Shown in pieces: positions 33,850-41,855 of a DNA stretch of 41,855 nucleotides (position 1 is its first letter; every line of letters starts with the position of its first letter). Made by a program: the position numbers and the translations under genes. A model generated the notes under the pieces. It did no database searches. It was not told the DNA's origin and saw only the letters and a program-made list of their open reading frames with translations. This DNA is from Elusimicrobia bacterium CG03_land_8_20_14_0_80_50_18 (GTDB lineage Bacteria > CG03): positions 1 to 41,855 of the forward strand of contig PEUP01000004.1 in the NCBI GenBank assembly GCA_002780705.1. Direction: 5' to 3'.

Positions 33850-33865
33850 TGTTTCACATGAAACA
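33850..33865. promoter_or_regulatory. parS: parS-like centromere site TGTTTCACATGAAACA (one mismatch to TGTTNCACGTGAAACA)
   Basis: 16-mer located 20 nt upstream of the patatin-like gene and about 1.5 kb upstream of parA. Flanking Ts and As extend the arms to TTGTTTCA/TGAAACAA. It is the only such near-match I found in the window. Confidence 0.65.
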
Positions 33866-33885
33866 ATCCGCGGGAAGGAGCGTTT

Positions 33886-34803
33886 ATGAAAAAATTTAAG
33901 CTGGGTATTGCTCTGGGCGGAGGCGGCGCCCGGGGCCTGGCCCATATCGGCATACTGGATGCCCTCGCTAAAGGCGGGCTGTCCATAGATGCCATATCAG
34001 GGACAAGCATGGGCGCGGTAATCGGCGCCTTGTACGCGGTGGATGCGGACGAAAGGGCGGTTGAGAAAAAGGTCGCGGGATTTATAACCAGCGGGCCTGC
34101 CCGGGAAGCCGCGTGTTTTTTTTCAAAAAAAGCTTCATCACGGCCTTTCGGCAAAATTCTTTCCGCGGCGAAACAATTTTTTATAATGAACCGGGCGGTG
34201 ACAGGGCCATCTATTCTCAGCGCCGAACAGGCGTCGGCCATATTCAACGAGTTTCAAGTACCGGAAACTTTTGATGGTCTGAAGATCCCTTTTTATTCTG
34301 TGGCCACGGATCTGGGCACGGGGGACGAAAAAGTTTTCTGCAGCGGGAAACTGAAAGCAGCCGTGCTCGCTTCTTCTTCAATCGCGGGAATCTTCCCGCC
34401 CGTTCAAATCAACGGCTCTTACTATCTCGACGGTGGCTCGGTCAATTCCGTTCCTGTCTCCGCGCTCCAGCCCTACTGTGATTTTGTTATAGCCTGTGAT
34501 GTGAGGCCGGCAAGAAAAATAATTTCCCGTTTTGACCAGGGCCTGGCCATTCTTTCCCGCACAGACGCCATATCTTCCTACAAGCTTGCCGATCTGCAGA
34601 TAGAGAAGGCTGATTTTATCATACGGCCGAACACTCATAACATCCACTGGGCTGATTTCAAAAAGATGGGCTATTGCATAGAGCAGGGCCGTATAGCCGC
34701 TCAAGCCTGTCTGAAAGAACTTAAAAAAGCCATTTGGCGGGCTAAAGTCAGGAGTTTGCCGGGGAGATTGTTTTCAAAAAATGCCGCAGTCCTTAGTAAA
34801 TAA
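33886..34803 (+). CDS. Patatin-like phospholipase (RssA-type)
   Basis: 305 aa. Oxyanion motif GGGGARG, nucleophile elbow GTSMGA, and catalytic Asp motif YLDGGSVNSVP. GGAAGGAG lies upstream of the ATG. Confidence 0.88.
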   Translation: MKKFKLGIALGGGGARGLAHIGILDALAKGGLSIDAISGTSMGAVIGALYAVDADERAVEKKVAGFITSGPAREAACFFSKKASSRPFGKILSAAKQFFIMNRAVTGPSILSAEQASAIFNEFQVPETFDGLKIPFYSVATDLGTGDEKVFCSGKLKAAVLASSSIAGIFPPVQINGSYYLDGGSVNSVPVSALQPYCDFVIACDVRPARKIISRFDQGLAILSRTDAISSYKLADLQIEKADFIIRPNTHNIHWADFKKMGYCIEQGRIAAQACLKELKKAIWRAKVRSLPGRLFSKNAAVLSK

Positions 34804-35371
34804 TAAATTTCTGATTGCGCCCGAAGCGGCGGAAAAGCTGAAACTCTATATGGACACGCTGAAGAAATGGAACCGGCGTTTCAATCTCACTTCCTTTGAT
34901 GAGAATCAACTGTGGGAGGAGGCCGTGGAAAGCTCCGTTATCTTCGCCGACGCCATAACAGCCATACTGCCGGAGCAGAAGCCCCTGACTTTATGCGACA
35001 TAGGCTCCGGCGCCGGCATACCCGGCATCATCCTTAAAATAGTGATGCCTGAAGCGCAAGTCGATCTGGTGGAATCAAACGGTAAAAAGGCGGGTTTTTT
35101 GAGTGAGATTAAAGAATTGCTGGAACTGGACGGGCTCAGGGTGGTGAACAAAGACGCGCAGGAGTTTGCCTTAAGCGATAAAAAATTATACAATGTGGTC
35201 ACAGGAAGGGCTTTTGGCAAGAAATTTCTGAAACAGGCCTTCCGGCTTGTTCTTCCGGGAGCTTATGTGATGTATTATAAGAAAACGCTGAAAAAAGGAG
35301 AGTTCATGAAAGAGCCCGATCTCATAAGGGATTACGGGGGAGCTTTCATTCTGATCTGGAAAAATGGGTGA
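34781..35371 (+). CDS. rsmG: 16S rRNA (guanine527-N7)-methyltransferase RsmG (GidB)
   Basis: 196 aa. ...WNRRFNLTS..., the SAM motif DIGSGAGIPGI, and its position directly upstream of parA. Confidence 0.88.
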   Translation: MPQSLVNNKFLIAPEAAEKLKLYMDTLKKWNRRFNLTSFDENQLWEEAVESSVIFADAITAILPEQKPLTLCDIGSGAGIPGIILKIVMPEAQVDLVESNGKKAGFLSEIKELLELDGLRVVNKDAQEFALSDKKLYNVVTGRAFGKKFLKQAFRLVLPGAYVMYYKKTLKKGEFMKEPDLIRDYGGAFILIWKNG

Positions 35372-36131
35372 AATCATAGCTATAGCCAACCAGAAGGGCG
35401 GCGTGGGAAAAACCACCACCTCTGTCAATCTGGCCAAGGCGCTGGTGATGAGAAGAAAAAAAATTCTTCTTATCGATATTGACCCGCAAGCCAACTGCAG
35501 CTCGGGCATGGGCGTGGAAAACAGCGCCTCCAACATCTACGATGTTCTAATCAGGGGCTCCCTGGCCGGCGCGGTGACAGCCCGCGATCACTTCCCTGAC
35601 ATTGTGCCATCAACGAGGGACCTTACCGGGGCTGAAATAGAACTTGTGGGGATGGAAGGCAGGGAATACCGGTTGAAGCAGGCTCTTGCCTCTGTCAGGG
35701 ACACTTACGACTATATACTCATAGACTGCCCACCCTCACTGGGATTGCTTACCATTAACGCTCTCACGGCCTCTGACAGCCTGCTGATTCCCCTTCAGTG
35801 CGAATTCTACGCGCTTGAGGGCCTCGGTAAGCTGTTGAACACCCTCAAATATGTGAGAGACGCTTTCAATGAGCATCTCCGTATCAAAGGGGTGGTTCTC
35901 ACCATGTATGACAGCCGCCTGAATTTAACCGCCCAGATAAGCGATGAAATCAAGAATTTCTTCGGCGACAATCTCTTTAGCTCCGTTATACCGAGAAATG
36001 TGAGGCTTGCCGAAGCCCCGAGTTTCGGCAAGGACATCTTTGAATATGACAGGCATTCGGCCGGCGCCGTCAGCTATATGAAACTCGGCGACGAATTCCT
36101 GGCCCGCGAGAAAAGGGATGCGAAAAAATAG
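35364..36131 (+). CDS. parA: Chromosome-partitioning ATPase ParA/Soj
   Basis: 255 aa. Deviant Walker A NQKGGVGKTTTS, then IDCPPSLG and VIPRNVRLAEAPSFGK. Confidence 0.93.
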   Translation: MGEIIAIANQKGGVGKTTTSVNLAKALVMRRKKILLIDIDPQANCSSGMGVENSASNIYDVLIRGSLAGAVTARDHFPDIVPSTRDLTGAEIELVGMEGREYRLKQALASVRDTYDYILIDCPPSLGLLTINALTASDSLLIPLQCEFYALEGLGKLLNTLKYVRDAFNEHLRIKGVVLTMYDSRLNLTAQISDEIKNFFGDNLFSSVIPRNVRLAEAPSFGKDIFEYDRHSAGAVSYMKLGDEFLAREKRDAKK

Positions 36132-37575
36132 CATCTACAACTGGCGCGATTTCAGCGTAGAGGATCTGGTCAAAAAAAAATCCGGCTTAAAAATAAGCGT
36201 GATAATCCCCACCCGCAATGAAGCCGCCACAATAGGCAAAATCATACACGCTATACGCGGGAGCCTTGTTCTGAAGCACCCTCTGGTTGATGAGATAATA
36301 GTGCTTGACGGAGGGTCTTCCGATTTAACAAGAACGCTTGCCCGCAGAGAGGGGGCTCTCGTGCGGCGGGATTCGGATATCGTGCCCGCCCTGGGGAACT
36401 TCCAGGGGAAAGGGAATGCCCTTTATAAGAGTTATTTCGCCAGCACCGGCGATATATTAGCCTTTGTAGACGGTGATATACGCAATTTCTCGCCGCGCTT
36501 TATAATCGGCATTGTCGGCCCCCTTCTCACAGATAAGAAGATATCCTTTGTCAAAGCTTTCTATAAGCGGCCACTTATGGTTTCCGGCAAATTCAAAAAG
36601 GGTGAGGGCGGCCGGGTGACAGAAATACTCGCGCGGCCGATTCTCAACACCTTTTTTCCGGAACTGGCCGATATCCGACAGCCGCTTTCTGGTGAGTACG
36701 CTGTCAGGCGGGATCTTTTCAGGAAGCTGTCCATTCCCTCTGGATACGGCGTAGAACTGGCTTTTCTGATTGAGATCCTGCACATAGCCGGCCGCAAGGC
36801 AATCGCCCAGGCGGATCTGAGTGAAAGAAAGCACAGGAATCAAACACTGCACGCGTTGGGCAAAATGAGTTTTGAGGTGCTGCACTCTTTTCTGCATTAC
36901 GCACAGAAGGTAAAAAAGCTCAGGGTGAGCGCTCTCTCTGAAAATTATTACGACCTGTCCAAAAACAGCATATACAAAATATCGCAAAAATATTACCCGC
37001 CTGTCAGCGGGATGCTCAAGACAACAGAGCTCATATTCCTGCGCCATGGCGAAACCGACTGGAACAGGGAAAAACGCATCCAGTCGAGGCAGGATATTCC
37101 GCTCAATCCAACAGGGAAAAAGCAGGCGCAGAGAGCCGCCGCGGCCCTCAAAAAAGAAACAATATGCGCCGTCTACAGCTCGCCTTTGTCCAGGGCGCTC
37201 GACACCGCCCTGGTTATAGCCCGAGAGCACGGCCTGCCTGTCCGATGCGACAAACGCCTGCTTGAAATATCTCACGGGGACTGGTCCGGTAAAAAAGAGC
37301 ATTGGCTGAGCGCAAAATATCCGGGGCAATACAGAAAATGGAAAAAGGAAGCCTGGAAACATCTGCCTCCCGGTGCGGAATCATGGGAAGAACTGACGAA
37401 GCGTCTAAGATCATTTTTGGACCACATCAGGAAAAATCACAGCGGGGAGAGGGTCCTGGTGGTTTCCCACAGGGGCGCAATCGCCGGGGCGCTGACAGTT
37501 ATAAGGAAGAAGCCCTTGAGCTATATAAACAGATATCTGCCCGCTAACTGCCGGCCGGTAAAAATCAAATTGTAA
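36118..37575 (+). CDS. Two-domain fusion: GT2 glucosyl-3-phosphoglycerate-synthase-like glycosyltransferase (aa ~1-300) + histidine-phosphatase (phosphoglycerate-mutase family) domain (aa ~305-485)
   Basis: N-domain: ISVIIPTRNEAATIGKII, VDEIIVLDGGSSD, GKGNALYKS, FVDGDIRNF, GGRVTEILARP, QPLSGEYAVRR, GYGVELAFLIE and ERKHRNQ match my recollection of GpgS (Rv1208-type). C-domain: LIFLRHGETDWN (RHG motif), SSPLSRALDTA and VVSHRG (second His). Confidence 0.7.
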   Translation: MRKNSIYNWRDFSVEDLVKKKSGLKISVIIPTRNEAATIGKIIHAIRGSLVLKHPLVDEIIVLDGGSSDLTRTLARREGALVRRDSDIVPALGNFQGKGNALYKSYFASTGDILAFVDGDIRNFSPRFIIGIVGPLLTDKKISFVKAFYKRPLMVSGKFKKGEGGRVTEILARPILNTFFPELADIRQPLSGEYAVRRDLFRKLSIPSGYGVELAFLIEILHIAGRKAIAQADLSERKHRNQTLHALGKMSFEVLHSFLHYAQKVKKLRVSALSENYYDLSKNSIYKISQKYYPPVSGMLKTTELIFLRHGETDWNREKRIQSRQDIPLNPTGKKQAQRAAAALKKETICAVYSSPLSRALDTALVIAREHGLPVRCDKRLLEISHGDWSGKKEHWLSAKYPGQYRKWKKEAWKHLPPGAESWEELTKRLRSFLDHIRKNHSGERVLVVSHRGAIAGALTVIRKKPLSYINRYLPANCRPVKIKL

Positions 37576-37590
37576 ATGGAGGACTGAAAA

Positions 37591-38412
37591 ATGAAAAAAG
37601 CTGTGCTGGGACGAGGGCTCAAGGCGCTTATCCCCGAAAACGAAGAAGGACGCATCCACATGATCAGCGTTTCAGAAATACAGCCGGGCACGCACCAGGC
37701 CAGGAAAAGTTTCAACGCGGACAGCATTACGGCTCTGGCGGAAACGCTGAAGCAGGACGGGATAATACAACCGCTTGTCGTTTTACCGTCGGGGACAGGC
37801 TGGAAACTGATAGCCGGCGAAAGACGCCTGCGGGCCGCGAAACTGGCTGGATTCAAAAAGGTGCCGGTCACAATCAAAGACACGGATGAAGCCTCGGCCG
37901 CTTTTTTATCACTGATAGAAAACCTGCAGAGGGAAGACCTGAACCCGCTTGATGAGGCCAGGGGAATTGAAGCGCTGATGAAAAAATTTTCCCTCACACA
38001 GGAAGCTGTCGCCGAAAGAGTGGGCAAAAACCGTTCCACTGTGGCAAACACCCTCAGGCTCCTGAAATTTCCGGAAGACATCGTCGCGGCTATAGCCGAC
38101 GGGAAAATAAGCGAGGGGCACGCCCGCGCGCTGTCAGTGATAAAAGACCCGCGAAAAAGAAAACACATCATACACCGGATCATTAACGAGCATCTCTCTG
38201 TGCGCGAAACAGAATTTCTCGCCACGGGAAGAAAAAAAATCGCTAAAACCCGGATGGCCTCCGCCGAGATAAAGGAAATAGCTGAAACTTTAGAGAGCGC
38301 GCTTTCTACAAAAGTCGAGGTACATGCGAACAAAAAAAATCAGGGTCACATCAAAATTCATTTTTTCTCGTCAGAAGAATTGGACCGTATCATCAAAAGA
38401 CTTTCCCGGTAG
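37591..38412 (+). CDS. parB: Chromosome-partitioning protein ParB/Spo0J
   Basis: 273 aa. GRGLKALI N-terminus, the ParB box IAGERRLRAAKLAG, and the HTH LTQEAVAERVGKNRSTVANTLRLL. GGAGGA lies upstream of the ATG. Confidence 0.93.
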   Translation: MKKAVLGRGLKALIPENEEGRIHMISVSEIQPGTHQARKSFNADSITALAETLKQDGIIQPLVVLPSGTGWKLIAGERRLRAAKLAGFKKVPVTIKDTDEASAAFLSLIENLQREDLNPLDEARGIEALMKKFSLTQEAVAERVGKNRSTVANTLRLLKFPEDIVAAIADGKISEGHARALSVIKDPRKRKHIIHRIINEHLSVRETEFLATGRKKIAKTRMASAEIKEIAETLESALSTKVEVHANKKNQGHIKIHFFSSEELDRIIKRLSR

Positions 38413-38678
38413 CTGAACAGCGACGAGAAAACCGCCCAGAGCGCGCAAACGCTTATGATTTCACCGGAAATATAATCGGACAGGAGAATTATCATGGCGA
38501 AGAAAACGATGATATAAACAACATGGAAGAGCCATGAATTTTTTTTGGACCGCGCGCGGAAACGCGGGTTCACCCCGAGCGCAAACAAAATACCGAGGAA
38601 GACGCCCATAAGCGGATTCAGGCCAATATACCGCACAAAGATCAAAACAGCCAAAAAAGCGGGCAACATATAAATCAT
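38358..38678 (-). CDS. Small integral membrane protein (about 3 TM helices), unknown function
   Basis: 106 aa with a strong SD (GGGAGG, 5-nt spacer). It has hydrophobic helices. Its last 55 nt overlap the 3' end of parB in convergent orientation. Confidence 0.5.
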   Translation of the reverse strand: MIYMLPAFLAVLIFVRYIGLNPLMGVFLGILFALGVNPRFRARSKKNSWLFHVVYIIVFFAMIILLSDYISGEIISVCALWAVFSSLFSYRESLLMIRSNSSDEKK

Positions 38679-38832
38679 AACAACCTCCCGCGCTCATTTT
38701 AACAAAATTTTCCCGGAAATGCACACTGGCCACTTGCAAAAACAGCCCAAAACTTGCTAATCTGCATCAGACGATTATTTGGAAATACCATTATGCTGAA
38801 ACAATCAGAATTTAATTGCCGGGGACGGGACA

Positions 38833-39135
38833 ATGAGCGTATTTGAGGCTGCCATGCTCATCTGTTTCGGCATAAGCTGGCCGGTTTCTATAACAAAAAC
38901 CCTGCGAACAAAAATCGTGATCGGAAAAAGCCCGCTCTTTATGGCCATAGTCTGTTTCGGCTATTTTTGCGGGCTTATTCACAAAATACTGTACTCTTTT
39001 GACTGGATCACGGTTCTTTACGCGCTGAACATGATCATGGTCGCTGTTGACCTCGGGCTTTATTACACTTATCTGCCGGAAAAAAACTCCCCGATGTCAA
39101 ATGTCAACCTGCCTGCCGGTCAGGCAGGGACCTGA
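38833..39135 (+). CDS. Small 3-TM membrane protein, PQ-loop/SemiSWEET-like by motif resemblance
   Basis: 100 aa. FGISWPVSITKTLRTKIVIGKSPLFM resembles the PQ-loop segment (LPQxxKxxKTKSxxGxS). The last ~10 codons (NLPAGQAGT) are read through a palindromic repeat. Confidence 0.4.
   Translation: MSVFEAAMLICFGISWPVSITKTLRTKIVIGKSPLFMAIVCFGYFCGLIHKILYSFDWITVLYALNMIMVAVDLGLYYTYLPEKNSPMSNVNLPAGQAGT
39108..39128. repeat. Palindromic hairpin CCTGCCTG-CCGGT-CAGGCAGG, related to the 32778-32801 hairpin (REP-like motif)
   Basis: AACCTGCCTGCCGGTCAGGCAGG (39106-39128) versus AACCTGCCTACCGGCAGGCAGG (32778-32799). The stem sequence and the CCGG-containing loop are the same. Confidence 0.5.
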
Positions 39136-39142
39136 CCCCGTT

Positions 39143-40201
39143 ATGCGGATTTTTTCACGCTACATATTCAGAGAATTCTTACCGGTCTTCGCTTCATCAT
39201 TTTTCATCTTGATCGGTATCTTTATCGTGAACGAAGCCATGGGATTTATCGCATCCCTTGTCGTGAAAGGCGCTGGGCTCGCCGATATAGCGAAAATTTT
39301 TCTGACGGGCATCCCGTCTTCTTTCATTTTTGTCATTCCCGTGTCATTTGTCCTGTCATGGGTCGTCGTCGTCAGCCGCCTCGCCGGAGATTCCGAAATA
39401 CTCGCCCTGCAGTCATCGGGAATCAATCCGAGGACCATACTCAAGTCTGTCCTGGCATCCGGAGTGTTTGTTTCTCTTTTCATGCTCTATTCCAATGCCG
39501 TGCTCTCACCGAAAAGCAGCCGCGCGATGACCGTTCTGGTAAGGGATATACTCGCCAGGAATATACTGCGTTTCCGGGAAGGCGCTTTCAGCGAAATCGG
39601 AGATTATGTTTTTTACGCGGAGAAAATCTCATCGCGAAAAATGAAAGACATAAGGATATACCGCCGTGAGAAAAATTTTCCGGCCACGGCCATCACAGCC
39701 GAAACGGGAGAACTGGCAATCAAAGAAAACGGCTCCGCGGCCCTGACTCTCGCGCGGGGCCGGATGAAAGTGAGGGACATTAAAGACCTTGATCTTCTGA
39801 CAACCGTGGATTTTGAAAAATACTCCTTTTTAATCAATTCGCCCGAATTCGGCGAAGCGGGGCAGAATATTTCTCAAATTGAATCTTCAAAATTGCGGGA
39901 AAGGATAAAGACCGCTGAAAAAGGCGGAAAAGGCAGCACTAACCTGAAAATGGAATATCACATGCGGCCTGCCCTGGCCTGGGGAGTCCTGTTCCTCGCT
40001 ATGGCGGGGGCTCTTTTAGGAATAAAGCTGCAATCGCCTAAAAAAGCCTCCAGCATAGGCGCGGCGGTTCTGCTGATAAGCGCCTATTATCTCAGTTTCA
40101 GCCTCTGTTCGCACATGGCTGACAGCGGATGGCTTGCGCCTTATCTGGCGGTGTGGATACCCAATATCCTTTGCGCCCTGGGAGCGCTGCTGGCCTTATG
40201 A
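39143..40201 (+). CDS. lptF: LPS export ABC transporter permease, LptF/LptG (YjgP/YjgQ) family
   Basis: The track ORF starts at 39047. The in-frame ATG at 39143 gives MRIFSRYIFREFLPVF, the canonical family N-terminus. It has 3 TM helices, a periplasmic beta-jellyroll region, and 3 more TM helices. The F versus G assignment is by gene order only. Confidence 0.8.
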   Translation: MRIFSRYIFREFLPVFASSFFILIGIFIVNEAMGFIASLVVKGAGLADIAKIFLTGIPSSFIFVIPVSFVLSWVVVVSRLAGDSEILALQSSGINPRTILKSVLASGVFVSLFMLYSNAVLSPKSSRAMTVLVRDILARNILRFREGAFSEIGDYVFYAEKISSRKMKDIRIYRREKNFPATAITAETGELAIKENGSAALTLARGRMKVRDIKDLDLLTTVDFEKYSFLINSPEFGEAGQNISQIESSKLRERIKTAEKGGKGSTNLKMEYHMRPALAWGVLFLAMAGALLGIKLQSPKKASSIGAAVLLISAYYLSFSLCSHMADSGWLAPYLAVWIPNILCALGALLAL

Positions 40202-41289
40202 AACTTTTTTTAAAATACCTCCTGATACGATTTGGAAAAGCTTTTTGCATAGCCCTGGCCGGTTTCATGAGCCTTTTCATTTTTTCCGGCCTGATCACGC
40301 GCCTCAGCGTTTTTTCCGAATATTCCGCCTCGGCCAAACAAATCATCTATTTCCTCGCCTGCAAAAGCCCCGCATGGTTTTTACAGGCGCTTCCCATGTC
40401 CATTCTGCTGGCCCTGGTCATGACCATAACGGCCCTCAAGCGCCATAATGAGCTGACTGCAATAGAGACATCGGGCGTTTCAATGCTAACGCTGATGAAA
40501 CCTTTTGTCGCCGCAGGCGCCATTCTCGCCGCGATCATGTTTCTGACAAATGAGTTTGCGGCCAAAAAGGCCTCAAGCGAGGCCTACCGCTATTACAATG
40601 TCGTCATACGGGGGCATGCTGCACCGCCGCCGCGAGGCCGGTATTTCAATCTGCTCTATCACACGGACGGACAAATAAACGGAAAATCCTTTTATTACAT
40701 AGGTTTTTACGATTCCGCGAAAATGAGCGGCAGTAATTTCAACCTGGATATCACGGGGCAAAAGGGCGCTGTTAATATTTTTGCGAGAACTTTCTTTTAC
40801 AAAAAAGACGGGTGGGAGCTGAGAAACGGAGTAGAAAGAAAATGGGATAAGGCCGGCGAATTAACAGAGGAAGAAGCTTTCAAGTCAAAGTCTTTTAATT
40901 TCGCGCAGGAACCGGCTGACTTTCTCATCAAGACTCTTTCATACCGCGAAATGGGCATAGTCCGCCTGAGCAGACATATAAAGGACCTCAGAGCGGCGGG
41001 CATTGCGTCTCATCAGGAAAAGCTGGATCTCCATGCCCGCGTTTCATCGGCGCTGGCGGCTATGGTTGTTATAATAATCGGCTTTCCCATAGGCATTTAT
41101 TTCAGTCATCTCGGGAGGATTTTCGCCATTGCCCTGAGCATGGTCGTGTGCTTTGCATACTGGGGGCTTTACTCGCTCGGACTCTCTTTCGGCCAGACGG
41201 GCAGCCTTCCTCCGTGGATAGGCGCATGGGGCGTGAATATAATTTTTGTCGCGGCGGCGCTCTACTTCATGAGGAAGAAAAATGTCTGA
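40198..41289 (+). CDS. lptG: LPS export ABC transporter permease, LptF/LptG (YjgP/YjgQ) family
   Basis: The track ORF starts at 40129. The ATG at 40198 (ATGA overlap with the upstream stop) gives [16 protein letters not shown]. The architecture matches the upstream paralogue. Confidence 0.8.
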   Translation: MKLFLKYLLIRFGKAFCIALAGFMSLFIFSGLITRLSVFSEYSASAKQIIYFLACKSPAWFLQALPMSILLALVMTITALKRHNELTAIETSGVSMLTLMKPFVAAGAILAAIMFLTNEFAAKKASSEAYRYYNVVIRGHAAPPPRGRYFNLLYHTDGQINGKSFYYIGFYDSAKMSGSNFNLDITGQKGAVNIFARTFFYKKDGWELRNGVERKWDKAGELTEEEAFKSKSFNFAQEPADFLIKTLSYREMGIVRLSRHIKDLRAAGIASHQEKLDLHARVSSALAAMVVIIIGFPIGIYFSHLGRIFAIALSMVVCFAYWGLYSLGLSFGQTGSLPPWIGAWGVNIIFVAAALYFMRKKNV

Positions 41290-41855
41290 CCTCCGACGCC
41301 TGGCGCTTTGCGCCCTCTTTTTCCTGCAGGCTGTTTTTCTTTACGGCGCCGAAAGCGTCCTGCTCAAATTCAAAGACGGCACGCCGGAAAGCACGCAGAA
41401 CGAATTAATCAGCCGTTCCACGCCGACAGCCGTCTCACTCATGGAAGAAATCTCTGTGTGGCGACTGAGATTTTCCGATGGCGCGGCGGCCCTCAAGGCC
41501 GTGGATTTTTTTACAGGCAGAGAGGAAACGGAATACTGCCACAAAAGCCTGAAACGCAGGGCTTTCGCTCCGAACGACCCGAGCTATCTTGATGATTCCC
41601 AATGGGGCTTGAACGGCGCCCACGGCATAGCGATGGACCAGGCCTGGAACATAGAGGGAAGTTCCGGCTCCGCTTACATCACAATCGCCGTTATTGACAC
41701 GGGCGTGGATTATGAGCATGAAGACCTATCCTCAAAAATATGGACATCTCCACAGGGCTATCGCGGCTATGATTTTGTTAATAACGACAATGATCCTCTT
41801 GACGACAACGGCCATGGAACTCATGTGTCCGGAATTGCCGCCGCCGCGACAAACA
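41282..41855 (+). CDS. Secreted S8-family (subtilisin-like) serine peptidase, N-terminal part; runs off the window
   Basis: Absent from the ORF track (open to the edge). The ATG at 41282 overlaps the lptG stop by 8 nt. Translation: [25 protein letters not shown] (signal), an inhibitor-I9-like propeptide, the catalytic Asp motif [14 protein letters not shown], and the catalytic His motif [11 protein letters not shown]. Confidence 0.85.
   Translation, partial: MSDLRRLALCALFFLQAVFLYGAESVLLKFKDGTPESTQNELISRSTPTAVSLMEEISVWRLRFSDGAAALKAVDFFTGREETEYCHKSLKRRAFAPNDPSYLDDSQWGLNGAHGIAMDQAWNIEGSSGSAYITIAVIDTGVDYEHEDLSSKIWTSPQGYRGYDFVNNDNDPLDDNGHGTHVSGIAAAATN

Noticed and set aside
39047-39142. N-terminal extensions of track ORFs that overlap upstream genes: lptF 39047, lptG 40129, GNAT 12246, apbE 26634, rubrerythrin 17232, radical SAM 27530, outer-membrane protein 8897.
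   Set aside because: Internal start codons give canonical family N-termini or signal peptides, sit behind SD sequences or ATGA couplings, and remove the long overlaps. The extensions are unlikely to be translated.
1-41855. CRISPR arrays, tRNA/rRNA genes, transposases, toxin-antitoxin pairs, and known defence systems.
   Set aside because: I found no regularly spaced direct repeats, no tRNA-like T-arm or acceptor patterns, and no ORFs with transposase, integrase, Cas, reverse transcriptase or typical toxin motifs on either strand.

Overview
This 41.9-kb chromosomal window is from a diderm bacterium: it has LptF/LptG, a beta-barrel outer-membrane protein with a C-terminal Phe, and several lipoproteins. 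It holds about 47 tightly packed protein genes, many joined by ATGA or TAATG overlaps. I saw no rRNA, tRNA, CRISPR array, transposase or integrase.

Most of the content is housekeeping:
- a fused dihydropyrimidine-dehydrogenase-like gene running off the left edge (missing from the ORF track, translated by hand)
- recG, rpmB, a short Rel/SpoT, and a Crp/Fnr regulator
- nadK, a GNAT, an ECF sigma factor with a small Cys-rich partner, and clpB
- rubrerythrin next to a flavin-reductase/rubredoxin (Hrb-like) gene
- an M23 peptidase-bactofilin pair
- ApbE and an AmmeMemoRadiSam-type radical SAM enzyme
- proA-nadD-LCP-rsfS
- patatin-rsmG-parA-X-parB, an origin-proximal signature, with a near-consensus parS about 1.5 kb upstream
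- lptF/lptG and an S8 protease running off the right edge

I did not recognise a complete novel multi-gene system (defence or otherwise). The observations most worth a second look are:
1. A 185-nt non-coding element at 32677-32861, closed by a perfect 22-bp inverted repeat and bracketed by a 9-bp direct repeat. It is either MITE-like or a structured RNA, and diverged partial copies of its interior lie in two other intergenic regions.
2. A glucosyl-3-phosphoglycerate-synthase-like GT2 domain fused to a histidine phosphatase, wedged between parA and parB.
3. An in-frame, roughly 240-aa internal deletion in a TrpB2-like gene.
4. A 1-nt frameshift in the Hrb-like gene.
5. An AT-rich single-gene KilA-N islet inserted into a conserved operon.
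6. Consensus sigma70 promoters placed so that transcripts would be leaderless.
7. Two unusual ComEA-like helix-hairpin-helix (HhH) proteins.

All calls come from reading the sequence by eye and recalling motifs. No database search or folding was run.
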